From contig OX597818.1 of NCBI GenBank assembly GCA_951406725.2, positions 125,426,001-125,490,000 on the forward strand: a stretch of DNA of 64,000 nt. The letters are read 5' to 3'. Numbering within the stretch: position 1 is the first letter of the stretch; every line of letters begins with the position of its first letter. A program made the translations under genes and the position numbers. Shown here piece by piece: positions 26,059 to 39,333 of the stretch. The notes under the pieces were generated by a model. It was not told where the DNA came from and searched no databases. It saw only the letters and a list, made by a program, of their open reading frames with translations. The DNA is from Octopus vulgaris (Eukaryota).

Positions 26059-28236
26059 CACAACGTAATAATTTTCAAAAAAAAAAAATTGTATATTGTA
26101 TTTTTTTTATTGTTTATCAATCCATTTTTTCTGTTGATTCCAAAACTGAAATTATTTTTTGTATTTCATCAACAGTTAGGAAAATATGTCGACTTTCAAT
26201 ATTATTATATATTCGAAATCGTTATAATGTTCCGCTACTAAATGTATGTCTAATTTTCCCTTTCAGACCAATTACTAAGTTCTGCTACTTTCAGGATGGC
26301 TACTAGAGTATGTAAAAATTCTCCAGATACATTTTGCTATGTATGTGGTTATTATATTGGAAAAAAGCAGGTATTCCATAAGATCGTGAAAGGTGCAAAA
26401 ATTGTGGCTAGCGTACAGACTATTTCAGAATGCCCATGGGTGACTAGGACAAACCATGGGCCCCACATGTGATATGTGGAAACTATCGATCTACTCTAGA
26501 AGGATGGTTAAGAGGTACAGGAAGGTCAATTCCTTTTGCCATTCCATGGGTATGGAGAGAGCCAAAGTACCATCACGATGACTGTTACTTTTGTATGATC
26601 GATGTGACAAAGTACAGAAAAGTGAAAGGAAGACAAGCTCTTAAGTATCCAGACATACCATCATCTAGAGCATCTGTCCCACATGATAGCAGTTTATGAG
26701 TATCACTACCGCCAGAAAATATTTCATCTGAAGAGTCAACAAGTAGCAGCAGCCAAGAAATGGAGGAAGCTTTCGTACCAAGAACGACTTCGGAGACTCA
26801 TTTTCCAAATCAGAGTGAGCTAGATGATTTAATCAAGGATTAAGTCAGGAGCTGAACTTCTTTCATCAAGGTCGAAGGAATGGAATCTACTGGGGGAAGA
26901 CTGAAAGGCATCTCTGTACTGGAAGCGCTATGAAGAATTTGAAATTTACTATGAAAATATTAATGATCTGTGTTATTGTAAAGACGTGATTGGTTTGTTT
27001 ACTGCTATTGGACTCAAGCATGATTCTGCAGAATGGCAACTGTTCATAGATAGCTCAACACGAAGTCTCAAAGCAGTGTTGCTCCACAATGGAAATAAAT
27101 ATCCTTCTTTGCCTCTTGCACACTCCAATGTCAAAGAACTTCTCGACAAAATAAATTACGCTGAGTTCAAGTGGGATGTTTGTGATGATTTCAAGATGCT
27201 TGCCTTCTTGCTTGGCTTGCAAGGGGGATACACAAAGTATTCATGTTTCCTTTGCTTATGGGACAGCAGAGCTGATGATCATCATTACAAGAGAGTACAT
27301 TGGCCCCCAAAGAGTGGAACTGCAGCCAGGAATGTTAAATGTTCTCAAACAGCCTCTAATAGATTCCAACAAAATCTTAATACCCCCACTTCATATCAAA
27401 CTCGGATTAGTAAAACAGTTTGTGAAGGCCTTAGATTTTAGAGGAGAAGCTTTTCAAGAAATTTGTCGTATGTTTCCAAAGCTATCTGAGGCTAAGATCA
27501 AGGGTGGCATATTTGTTGGGCCCCAAGTAAATGCAATGTTAAAGTCGAAGAAACTAGAAAGAGCGATGACAAAAGTTGAAAAAGAAGCTTGGTGTGCATT
27601 TCGTGATGTAGTTCGTGGATTTCTAGGAAATCACAAGGATCCTAATTACAAAGAGCTGGTAGCAAAGCTTATTGAAAACTCCAAGAAAATGGGTTGTCAT
27701 ATGTTCTTAAAGGTTCATTTTTTGCACTCTCACCTAGATTTTTCCCCGAAAACTTGGGTGATGTCAGTGAGGAGCATGGTGAAAGATTTCATCAGGATGT
27801 CGCAACTATGGAAAGAAGATAGCAAGGACGATGGGAGATTATATATGGTCTCTAGTCAGAAGAGATGAAGGTATACACTCCAGAAAATCTCGATCGTCAA
27901 AGCACTTCTCATCTTAAGAAAAGAGTTATCAAGGCATTTACAGTGCAGAGTTTTATTGTTTCTTTTTGTTCTAACTAATAGTATACTTCCTACATACTTT
28001 TCAATATATGAAAAAGTACTAAATGTTGTGTAATTACCCTTACAATACTAGAATAAATTGAACCAACAAAGTGCTGTAGAGAAAAGTTACAAATACAACG
28101 AGCAAATTTGAAATTAGGAATAAATAAATAACTATCGATGTTTCGTCAAAATGAATGTGATTTTTGAATTTAGTGGCAAAAAATGCAAATATGAGCATTA
28201 AAAAATACAAATAAACAAAACATGTGTTACATTGTG
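26059..28236 (+). mobile_element. Chapaev3-type (CMC superfamily) DNA transposon, near full length and inactive
   Basis: TIRs CACAACGTAA / TTACATTGTG, TTA on both flanks, internal decayed transposase. Confidence 0.85.
26296..27917 (+). pseudogene. Chapaev3-like transposase with frameshifts and stops
   Basis: MATRVCKNSPDTFCYVCG; WREPKYHHDDCYFC; LFIDSSTRSLKAVLLHNGN; LLGLQGGYTKYSCFLCLWDSRA; PPLHIKLGLVKQFVKAL; GIFVGPQ; LKVHFLHSHLD..GDVSEEH. Confidence 0.85.
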
Positions 28237-28792
28237 TTATAAAGACTATTTTTAATTAGAGGTAATTATAGAACTGAAGACGGTGATCTAGCAGAAACGC
28301 TAGGGCATCAGCAAAACAGCTAGCGGTAATTATTCCAGCTGTTTATGTTCTGCGTTCAAATACCGCTGAGATCACCTTTGACTTTCATCCAACCGGAATC
28401 GATAAAATAAACCACAAGTCAAGTACTGGAGTTTGTCTTATGCATAAAAAAAAGCATAATTTTTTAAGAATTTATGGGGGTGAGCTGGGAGACTAGTTTG
28501 GGCATCGGAAAAATTGCTTTGCAGTATTTCTTCAGGTTCTACCCCTCCTGAGTTCAAATCCCGCGAGTTCAGCTTAGCTTTTCATCCTTTCGAGATCAAT
28601 AAAAAAAAAGTACCAGCCAACTTCTAGGGTCATTTAAATCAATTAAGACCCTGACCCTAAATTTCAAACCTTGTGCCTTAATCAGATAATCATATATCTT
28701 TGAAGATGACAAATTGGCCGATTGTCGGGCAAAATGCTGTATTTGTTCCGGCTCTTTACGTTCTCTTTTCAAATCCGTACAAAGTCAACTTT

Positions 28793-29381
<589 letters not shown>

Positions 29382-29732
29382 AAAGTCAATTTTGCCTTTC
29401 ATCCTTTCGGGATTGATGGAATGAAGTGCCACTCAAGTACTGTGGTCGGTTTAATCAACTATTCGCCCTCACTCAAACTTCTGGCTTTGTGGCTAATATA
29501 GAATCAATTATCATAACGGGTGATGGATCGGCAGAATCATAAAAGAGTTGGACAAAGTGTTTTGGGGGATTCGTTCTGGTGTTTTCCTTTCAGATTTGAA
29601 AACGGGCTGGACCAAATTTGTCTTTGTTTTTTTCCGAGGTCGATAAAATAAAGTACCAGTCAAATACTGTTTTCAAGGTAGTCACCTAACTCTGCCTCTC
29701 CTCAAATACATCAGCCTCGAATTAGAATTTAA

Positions 29733-29791
<59 letters not shown>

Positions 29792-30084
29792 CATTGTTTT
29801 GACATCGCGTGATAGATGTAAAATGACTGTAATTGTCAAAACATTTCCAATAATCTGTAATAACATATCTGGCCTTGGGGAAATATTACCTTCCTCGCAC
29901 ACCAATGAAGGTTGGCGCCAGGAATAATATTTAGTTGTAGAAAGTTTGCCTCAGTATGCTCCATCCAACCTAAGCAAGCATGGAAAAATGGACGCTAGAA
30001 TGACAAAATGATTATGATTATATATATATATATATATATATAAATATGTAGTTCCATGAATGGATTCATAGAATCCTATGGCAC

Positions 30085-30115
30085 AGGATGAAAGCTGCGA
30101 AACGGCCGTCATCCT
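30085..30115 (+). ncRNA. Hammerhead remnant with the CUGANGA core deleted
   Basis: AGGAT..GC-GAAA-CGGCCG-TC^ATCCT, with AATAAA downstream. Confidence 0.4.
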
Positions 30116-30189
30116 AAGGATATTAACTGGTAAAATAAATATATTCATCTCTCATACCTCCTGACATTCTATGATCCCACTCTTTCTTT

Positions 30190-30235
<46 letters not shown>

Positions 30236-30240
<5 letters not shown>

Positions 30241-30441
30241 ATCCAAACAAGAAACCACAAAAAAATACAACAACGCGAGGACGTGGAACAAATATAGTAT
30301 TATTGGACGCTCAGGAAAGAAGGAAAGAAGGAGGGTTCAACGTTTCGAGCGGAGCTCTTCGTCGGAAACAAAGGAGAAAGAAAGATCCAGAGAAGGGAAG
30401 ACAGAGGAAAAAAAATTGCCAACGGTACACACGCGGTCACA

Positions 30442-30442
<1 letters not shown>
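30236..30442 (-). mobile_element. HHR-bearing repeat family B (HHR 30335-30369)
   Basis: Reverse complement of 13628-13826; lies between (TA)n and (TATC)n. Confidence 0.82.
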
Positions 30443-30506
<64 letters not shown>

Positions 30507-30509
30507 CCA

Positions 30510-30574
<65 letters not shown>

Positions 30575-31049
30575 ATCTACTTACGTATATTTATATATTT
30601 ATATATCTGTTAGATATAATTGATGTGTCATAAGACCAGTGAAATATTTTTAACCAGTGTGTCATGCGGCCATTTAGGGCATCTTCTTGTTTGGTCATTT
30701 CTTGTGTCTTGATGAGTCTATAGTAGTAGGGCGAAAGGTCAGGTAAGAACAGCTTAGGTCAGGTCAGAGACACACGTATTAACACACATATTAAGCCGTT
30801 ACCGTCTCCAAGTGAATTAGGTTGACAGTAATGGCGTTTCTAAATGTGCATGCGGAGGCACACATATAGACCTAGATACACACATACACACACACACATG
30901 CATACGTGCATGAATATTAGTAGTCACATATGTGTATGTATGTATGTATGTATGTATGTATTTATATATGTATATGAATTAAAATAAAGCTCAAATTAGG
31001 CCATCAACTTTTTGTAATATACACATTCATAAATTCAATTTAATATATA

Positions 31050-31876
31050 CAGGGTTTGGACAAAATAATGGAAACACCTTAAAATATCAAAGAAATTTAT
31101 TTTGATATGGGGCAGGACCGCCATTGGTAGTAATTACACCTTGAATTCTACGAGGTATGGACTTGTACATATTTCGAATTGTTTCCGAAGGAATTTTTGT
31201 CCATTATTCAGCTAAAACAGTCTCCAGTTCTTGTAGTAATGATGGTGGAAGATATTGGCTCCTTACTTGTTTTTCTAAAATGCACCATGACTGCTCAATA
31301 ATATTGAGATCTGGGGTCTAGAATGTTCCTTGTACTAATCAGTAACAACTTTAGCTGTGTGAATTGGTGCATTATCATCCCGAAAAGACGCGTTTCCCTC
31401 CGGAAACAGTTTTGCTAATTTAATATGAATTTGATCAGATAAAATGCTTCAATAGTATTGACTGTTAATTCTACCACGAAGGGAAACAATTGGACCGGCG
31501 GATTTCCAAGATATAATCCCCCAGATTATCACAGATCCTCTTCTATGTTTAAAAGTTGGAAGAAAGCAGTCTAGGTCAAATGCTTCTTTTGGCTGTCTCC
31601 ACACATATACTCGGCCGGTGGTCGGAGAGAAGATAAAGAATGACTCGTCCAAGAAAATAACATTCTTCCACTGCTCTAGGGACCAATTCAGTAGGTTTTA
31701 CTCCACTATAAACACTTTGCAGCTCCCGGCGAACAGTTTTTTGTGGAAACTGGGTTCTCGACGTGGTCATTAAACTCTGCAGTATTTTTGGGAGCTGTAC
31801 TTTTGTGATCCTTTATAACACTTCGTGTAAGATTCCGACGTTCCCTATCTGAAAGTTTTGGTTTTCTTCCGGAGTT
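31050..31876 (-). mobile_element. Tc1-like transposon remnant (DDE domain and one TIR)
   Basis: DESFF..GRVYVWR..LPTFKH..GSVIIWGII..DDNAPIHTA..PDLNIIE; TIR TA|CAGGGTTTGGACAAAATAATGGAAACAC. Confidence 0.85.
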
Positions 31877-32412
31877 GTCTAACCTGAGGCAGATTATCCT
31901 GTTATTTCTAGGATTTTGAACGACTATATTGACGCTCTTTTATTGGCTCGTGTAAATATAAAGTTGTTGCCATTGTTTTGTTTTCTACAGCCCCGTGTCA
32001 GCCCTTGTTGAACAGAATTTCAACCTTGACCATCTCATCTTTCCATAGGCTGAGAATACAGTACCATATTATATAACATGGCAGGGTGTAATTTGTGTCA
32101 ATTTTACTGTTGTTTCTAACACTTCGAGTGTCCACATAGAGTCTTGTTGGCTCATGTAAACATCATTTCTCTTTTCCTTTTTCTTTTCTTATAAATTGAA
32201 AAGAGAAAAAAGAGCAGCGCTCATTAACACTATTTTCACAGGGCTTCCTAAACTTGGATGCGGCCCGGCTCCCTTATTGAGTAAGATGTTACGGGCCGAA
32301 ATACTTGCCTGAGAAAGGTTTCTTCTCTAAAGACCTACTGTTCAGATCTCTTGAGGGTTTCTTACCACTATTGATCGTTTTCTTTTGTCTTTCTTTTTTT
32401 TTTTTAGCAATA

Positions 32413-32952
32413 GACATAAACAAGAAGAGCTGAGCTTATAAACCTATTTTCATAGGGCCTCCTAGACAGGAAGTTATCATCAAACCGGATATCTGGAGAT
32501 ATGTTAAAGGTGCAGAAATAGCACTGATGTCCCAAGAAAGAGGTACGATGAAGGAGTCTATTCCGGGCATAGGTATGAAGCACCAAAAACCATGACATAA
32601 ACAAGAAGAGCTGAGCTTATAAACCTATTTTCATAGGGCCTCCTAGACAGGAAGTTATCGTCAAACCGGCTATCTGGAGGTATGTTAAAGGTGCAGAAAT
32701 AGCAGTGATTCCCAAGAAAGGGGGCGATGAAGGAGTCTATTCCGGGCATAGGTATGAAGCACCAAAAACCATGACATAAACAAGAAGAGCTGAGCTTATA
32801 AACCTATTTTCATAGGGCCTCCTAGACAGGAAGTTATCGTCAAACCGGCTATCTGAAGATATGTTAAAGGTGCAGAAATAGCAGTGATGTTCCAAGAAAG
32901 GGGGCAATGAAGGAGTCTATTCCGGGCATAGGTATGAAGCACCAAAAACCAT
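32413..32952. repeat. Three tandem copies of a ~180 bp unit
   Basis: GACATAAACAAGAAGAGCTGAGC starts at 32413, 32594 and 32773. Confidence 0.92.
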
Positions 32953-33107
32953 AGGGCTGGAAACCATCGTCTGGTTGTAGTAACGGTAGTTGAGTCAGTG
33001 GTGATTTTATCAGCAGTAATGGTGGTAGTAGAGGAAGTAACGGTAGTAGTAAGTGTTGTAGTGCAAATAATGGTGTTAGCAGTGAGGGCTTTAATAGTGG
33101 TATGCAA

Positions 33108-33338
33108 GGCGGTGAGCTAGCAGAATCGTTAGCACGTCGGGCGAAATGCTTAGCGGTATTTCGGCTGCCGTTACGTTGTGAGTTCAAATTCCGCCGAGGT
33201 CGACTTTGCCTTTCATCCTTTCGGGGTCGATAAATTAAGTACCAGTTAAGCACTGGGGTCGATATAATCGACTTAATACCTATGTCTGTCCATGTTTGTC
33301 TCCTCTATGTTTAGCCCCTTGTGGGTAATAAAGAAATA
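33108..33338 (+). mobile_element. SINE family N, full length
   Basis: GGCGGTGAGCTAGCAGAATCG head, Deu/Nin-like core, AATAAAGAAATA end; GGTATGC on both flanks. Confidence 0.88.
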
Positions 33339-33487
33339 GGTATGCCGTTGTTTAGTACCATATAAACACTTATTGAAAGACCGAAGACCAGAGGCATTCC
33401 ACTCCATCTATGACCACCATTCCATACTTACTACGGGCATAGTATACTTCGTTTCGTAAAACAGCAAGGAAGGTATGGTATGGTTGT

Positions 33488-33712
33488 TAGCTGGCAGAAA
33501 CGTTAGCACGTCGGGCGAAATGCGTAGCCGTATTTCGTCTGTCGTTACGTTCTCAGTTCAAATTCCGCCGAGGTCGACTTTGCCTTTCATCCTTTCGGGG
33601 TCGATAAATAAAGTACCAGCTTCCCACCGGGGTCGATGTAATCGACTTAATCCCTTTGTCTGTCCATGTTTGTCCCCTCTATGTTTAGCCCCTTGTGGGC
33701 AGTAAAGAAATA
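33488..33712 (+). mobile_element. SINE family N
   Basis: Similarity to 33108-33338. Confidence 0.85.
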
Positions 33713-34284
33713 TATTTCTAGCAGGTCGTTGACATACCATAACGTCTCCCAAATTTAGGTTGGTGGTGACAGAGATAGATGGCGGTAGCGGTGGTGATGA
33801 TGCCGATGTCAGTGATGTGAATGGTAGTAGTCGTGGTAGGGATAGTGGTGATAAAGGTGGTGTTGGTGGTGGTGGTAAGGTATTGTGGTGATGGTGGTGG
33901 TAGAGGATTTAAGTCTAGTTGTGGCTATCGTTGTTGATAAGCATTGGTGCCGGAGGGGATCACAGAACTTAATCGTTTAATCCAAATTATAATGTGTTTT
34001 ACATTAACATCATTTCCACTGAGCTTTTGCTGCTACTACTGCTGCTGCTGCTGCTGCGTTCATTTAAACAGACGGGATTTCCTTCAACAATGTAGATAAT
34101 ATATGCACGCACACAGATCCATACACAAACACATACATACGAGCGCACTCACACACACACACAAACACACGCACTTACAAACACATGCACGCATACATAT
34201 ATACATACACATTCTGTTCTCTCCCGTATTGTCTGCCATTTTCTGTCCACATGTTCCCCCCTTTCTCTCTGTCCCTCTCATGCA

Positions 34285-34859
34285 TACATACATACAAACA
34301 TACATACATACATACATACATACATACATACATACATACATACATACATACATACAAACATACATACATACACACATACATACATACATACATACATACA
34401 TACATACATACACACATACATACAAACATACATACATACATACATACATACACACACACATACATACATACAGACATACATACATACATACATACATACT
34501 TACATACATACATACATACATACATACACACACACATACATACATACATACATACATACATACACACACACATACATACATACATACTTACATACATACA
34601 TACATACACACACATACATACATACATACATACATACATACATACATACATACATACATACATACGTACATACATACATACATACATACACACATACATA
34701 CATACATACATTCTTTCTTTCCGTTTTTACGGGTAGGCTATCTCACGCGCGCGTGCGCACACACATTTACATATACAGCTGAGCACAAAAACATTTTACT
34801 CCCTGCTTCTCTCGATCGCCGTATCTTTTTTCTTCCCCTATTTCTCTTTGAGTGTGTGT

Positions 34860-34898
<39 letters not shown>

Positions 34899-35159
34899 TG
34901 TGTGTGTGCGTGTGTGTGTGCGTGCGTGTGTGTGTTTGTGTGTTTGTGTGTGTGTGTGTATGTGTTTGTGTGTGTGTTTGTGTGTGTGTGTATGTGTGTG
35001 TGTTTGTGTGTGTGTTTGTGTGTGTGTGTGTGCTTGAGTGTGCGTGTGTGTGTGCGTGCGAGTGTGTGTGTGTTTGTGTGTGTGTGTGTTTGTGTGTGTT
35101 TGTGTGTGTGTGTGTATGTGTTTGTGTGTGTGTTTGCGTGTTTGTGTGTTTGTGTGTTT

Positions 35160-35202
<43 letters not shown>

Positions 35203-35287
35203 TGTGTTGTGTGTGTGTGTATATATGTGTGTGTGTATGTGTGTGTGCGTGTGTATATGTGTGTGTGTTTGTATGTGTGTGTGTGTG
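34285..35287. repeat. Long (CATA)n tract (34285-34710) and (GT)n tract (34850-35287)
   Basis: Direct reading. Confidence 0.95.
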
Positions 35288-35673
35288 GGGGTTTTCCTCT
35301 TTTATTTATAACATAATCTATTAACTGTTATGTACAAATTTATACTAAAGGCCAAAAAAAGTGATTAGATCGTAAAATAAGGGATTAGTACAAATCCACT
35401 TCGTCGCCTTTATCCCGTATAATTTCTTCATTCGCTCCTAGTCTTCCTTCTCCTCTTTTATCCAGTGACAGGAAGTGAACCGCTCTCGGTTCAAATGACT
35501 ACCTGGTATTTACCCAATCCGTCTCCATCTTCCGTCCTTTCTATAGAAAATAATAGAGAAGCAGTAGATTTATTACATCGTTCCTTACTTTATTTCATCG
35601 ACTCCGAGCGATGAAAGGCAAACTTTGATATTGCCTAGATTTGAACGTAAAGAGCCGGAAATGATATTGTATT

Positions 35674-35927
35674 TTGTCCAACATTTTAACCCAATGGTTC
35701 TTAACTAGGGGCCATACGGCTCTTGCGGGTCCATATAAGATTTTGTTGTTAATCAAGTGTATATAAATATAAACAAACTAATTCCTTTTTTTAGACCCCA
35801 TTGTCCAACATTTTAACCCAATGGTTCTCAACTAGGGGTCATACGGCTCTTGCGGGTCCATATTAAATTTTTTTTTTGTTAATCACGTGTATATAAATAT
35901 AAACAAACTAATACCTTTTTTAGGCCC
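35674..35927. repeat. 127 bp tandem duplication containing a hAT-like terminus
   Basis: TTGTCCAACATTTTAACCCAATGGTTCT(T/C)AACTAGGGG at 35674 and 35801; CAATGGTTCTCAAC resembles hAT/Charlie ends. Confidence 0.7.
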
Positions 35928-36022
35928 CAAAATGTATACAAATAAGATGATAATTTATTTTCGAACGTAGAGAAGCTGTTAGAACAGCAGAAACATTGGG
36001 TAAATTATCCTTACAGCTCGCA

Positions 36023-36263
36023 TGTATTAGTATAACTTATATATATATATATATATATAAAGGGAAAGTTTACGAAAATAAACAAAAGACGAAGGCGGGT
36101 GGAGTACAAACAAATGTATTAGTATAGCGCTAGGAAAGAAATAGAAAAAGTCTTTACGTTTCGAATCTACGCTCTTCGACAGAAAGATACACAGAAAAAA
36201 ACAAGGAGATAAACAAGGAGAGAAAAAATGCGTGTAGGAGCTAGCGATATATTGCAACATCCT
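36023..36263 (-). mobile_element. HHR-like repeat family C, copy 1 (motif 36152-36185)
   Basis: Minus strand TTT-CTGTCGA-AGAGC..TC-GAAA-CGT-A^AAG; near-identical to 37294-37573. Confidence 0.7.
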
Positions 36264-36309
36264 TCGTGGTGGCTCATGTTGTTAGGTATAGTAATTAAGT
36301 CTCCCTCAG

Positions 36310-36343
<34 letters not shown>

Positions 36344-37014
36344 TCACTACAGTCTAGAAGAGGGTAGGGCACACTTGACTAGATGATTTGTGATGTAGAA
36401 AAGACTGAATGGTAGTGTGATGAACGGTTTGAGTGATACTTCAACTGGATCAGAGATGATCTGGGGCTAAAAAGATAACAGCAGCAGCAGCAGCAACAAC
36501 AACAACAACAACAACAGCAACACCACCACCACCACCACCATTACAACCATTACACCACTACCGTTACAACTATCACCACCGATCCAGGATCATAGATTGA
36601 CAGAACTGTTTGATGGTCGGTCAAGGTTCCTTGCAGTCTCTGGACAAGCTCTTAGCGTTACCTACTGATTGCAATACCTGTAACAAATCTTGTTCGAAGC
36701 TGTATCGGGCCCAAATCGTTGACATTTGGATAGACATCGGTGGCGTAGAGAGAACTGACTTGTGTAATTGGTAAAAGCCAATCTTCCTCAAAATACTTGC
36801 CCAGGCCAGGTCTGTGCATTGCATATACGTACAAATTCATGACCAACTTTGACCGTCGGAAGACCAGATCACTGACTGACTAACATCAATCTACTATACG
36901 AGTGAACAAAGAAACACTCGCATGGTTCCACATGTTAAAAGTGCAGCAACATTTCCTTCAAATTACAGCCGACCATCTTAAAACATATGGGATAAGGTAG
37001 AAACAAATACAAAG

Positions 37015-37080
<66 letters not shown>

Positions 37081-37293
37081 TACTCACTCACTCACTCACT
37101 CTCACATACACACGCACGCATAAACATGTATAGGACGGGTTTCCCCATAGTTTTTGTTTACCAAATTCACCCACTAGGCATTGATCAGTCAAGGCTTATC
37201 GTGGAAGATGCATATCAAAGGTATCGCAAAATGGAATTGAACTGAAAACAACATGGTTGCAAAACGAGCCTCTTAACACAACATGCTCGCGCC

Positions 37294-37306
37294 TGTATTA
37301 GTATAA

Positions 37307-37373
<67 letters not shown>

Positions 37374-37573
37374 GGAAAGTTTACGAAAATAAACAAAAGA
37401 CGAAGGCGGGTGGAGTACAAACAAACAAATGTATTAGTATAGCGCTCAGGAATAGAAATAGAAAAAGTATTTTACGTTTCGAGCCTACGCTCTTCGACAG
37501 AAAGATACACCGAGAAAAAAACAAGGAGAGAAAAAATGCGTGTAGGAGCTAGCGATATATTGCAACATCCTTT
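37294..37573 (-). mobile_element. HHR-like repeat family C, copy 2 (motif 37470-37503)
   Basis: Minus strand TTT-CTGTCGA-AGAGC-GTAG-GCTC-GAAA-CGT-A^AAA; a further fragment lies at 46005-46082 on +. Confidence 0.72.
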
Positions 37574-37787
37574 CTTAAAATAAAAATAAATGAGAGAGAT
37601 ATGTCCTCAGGGCATATATCTCTATTGTCTTGGATATACTATGCCTCAGACCAAAACGTAATTGGTTATAGTTCTAATACTTTTCATTATAGGTTTGTCT
37701 GTTTAATCAAGTCTGACCAGGGGCCAAAACATCAAGAAGTCAACATATCCACTCATACACAATATACTATACATATCCACTGTCACA

Positions 37788-37842
<55 letters not shown>

Positions 37843-38152
37843 TCACGCACGCACACACTCGCACATGCACTCACACGCACATACGCACGCTTAAACATAC
37901 ACACGCGTAAAGGCACCAAACACAAACATACATTATTACATATATACATACATACATACGTACAGACACCTCATATACACATACATCACAGAAACAAGCT
38001 AGAATACCATTAAGTGGTTTGCTCTACAAGAGGTTAGCAAAAAAAAAAACATATCTTGAAGCACTGTTAAATATAGTAACAAAACCACCGGAACCGCGAC
38101 ATTGAGAGAAAGTATATAAAAAGTAGCTATAAGTGATTCTTACGTAAAATGC

Positions 38153-38227
<75 letters not shown>

Positions 38228-38352
38228 AATCACAAGAACAACATCAATAACAGTAATAAAACTTAATTGTTTGCAGTGATGATATGCTTATATTTTTGAC
38301 GAGGCAAAATAATGATTCTTGTATTCTTTTTTTTACTTTGGTCTTGTTCACA

Positions 38353-38669
38353 TAAACGATAAACGTCGCCCTTTTCAAGCCTAGCCTGGTTCATGGGCCC
38401 GGTTTCCTGGTTTCTGTGGAGTATGTGTCCCACCATCCAGCTGGACGGGACACCAGTCCATCGCAGCGTTACTCAAGAAACAGGAAGAGAGAGTGAGAAA
38501 AAGTTGTGGCGAAAGAATACAACAGGGGTCGCCACCACCCCTGCCGGAGCCCCGTGGTACTTTTAGGTGTTTTCGCTAAATAAACACACATACCGCCCGG
38601 TCTGGGAATCGAAACCGCGATCCTCCGACCGCGAGTTCGCTGCCCTAACCACTGGGCCATTGCGCCTCC
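38353..38669 (-). mobile_element. tRNA-derived SINE family R with an 11 bp TSD
   Basis: Head GGAGGCGCAATGGCCCAGTGGTTAGGGC..GGTTTCGATTCCC; TSD TCTTGTTCACA at 38342-38352 and 38670-38680. Confidence 0.88.
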
Positions 38670-38989
38670 TCTTGTTCACACACTGGCATTAAATAGATTG
38701 GTAGACGAATGAGAAGACTCTTCCCTTCAGTCTACCGTGTTGGTGATTGAGAGCGAGAGCGAGAGAGAGAGAGAGAGAAAGAGAGAGGGAGAGACAGAGA
38801 GAGAGGGGGTGGAGGAGGAGAAATCAACAACTGTACCTGATTGAAATTTATTCATCGATCCAGAAAAAGTGAAACGCAAAGTCGGCCCTGGCAGGATTTG
38901 AATTCAGAGGTTAGAGACCCTTATATAAGTAACGCAGGTCATTCTATCTGGCGATCTCACGCCTCTACCAACTCACCGCCAATTATCGA

Positions 38990-39330
38990 AGTGAGGTTTC
39001 AGCCATATCAACCAGGTGCCTTCCATATATCTAAAGGGTCTGCTTGCCAAGACTTCCCATTTCCCTCTGTGTTGTGCTGCATGCATACAGTCAACCAGGT
39101 TCTTGTGTCCAGTCCATTCGTTGACGTTATCATTCAAGAAACGTCTTTGACGGCCTGTTGCGCTCTTCCCCTCCACACTTCCTGTCAGGATGGCAATGTC
39201 TCATGGTACATCGTATGACCAAAATATGATAGCTTTGTGGATTTACTTCTCAAAAATCAGTGTCTTTGAACTTTCAGTTTTCTAGCCCTGCAGAGTTTGT
39301 TACTCTCTCTTTCCAGCCTATTTTCTGTCC
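38990..39330 (-). mobile_element. RTE-clade LINE 3' fragment
   Basis: KLSYFGHT..ILTGSVEGKSATGRQRRFLNDNVNEWTG..AAQHRGKW. Confidence 0.75.
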
Positions 39331-39333
39331 AAT

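Noticed and set aside
32413-32952. CRISPR-like array or canonical hammerhead
   Set aside because: Units are contiguous with no unique spacers, the context is eukaryotic, and stems I and III of an HHR could not be formed
34103-35324. Long ORFs (402 aa and others) rich in HTYI/VCVC
   Set aside because: Translations of (CATA)n and (GT)n microsatellites; the same applies to the poly-N/D/I/M ORFs at 12.6, 16.5, 25.2 and 29 kb
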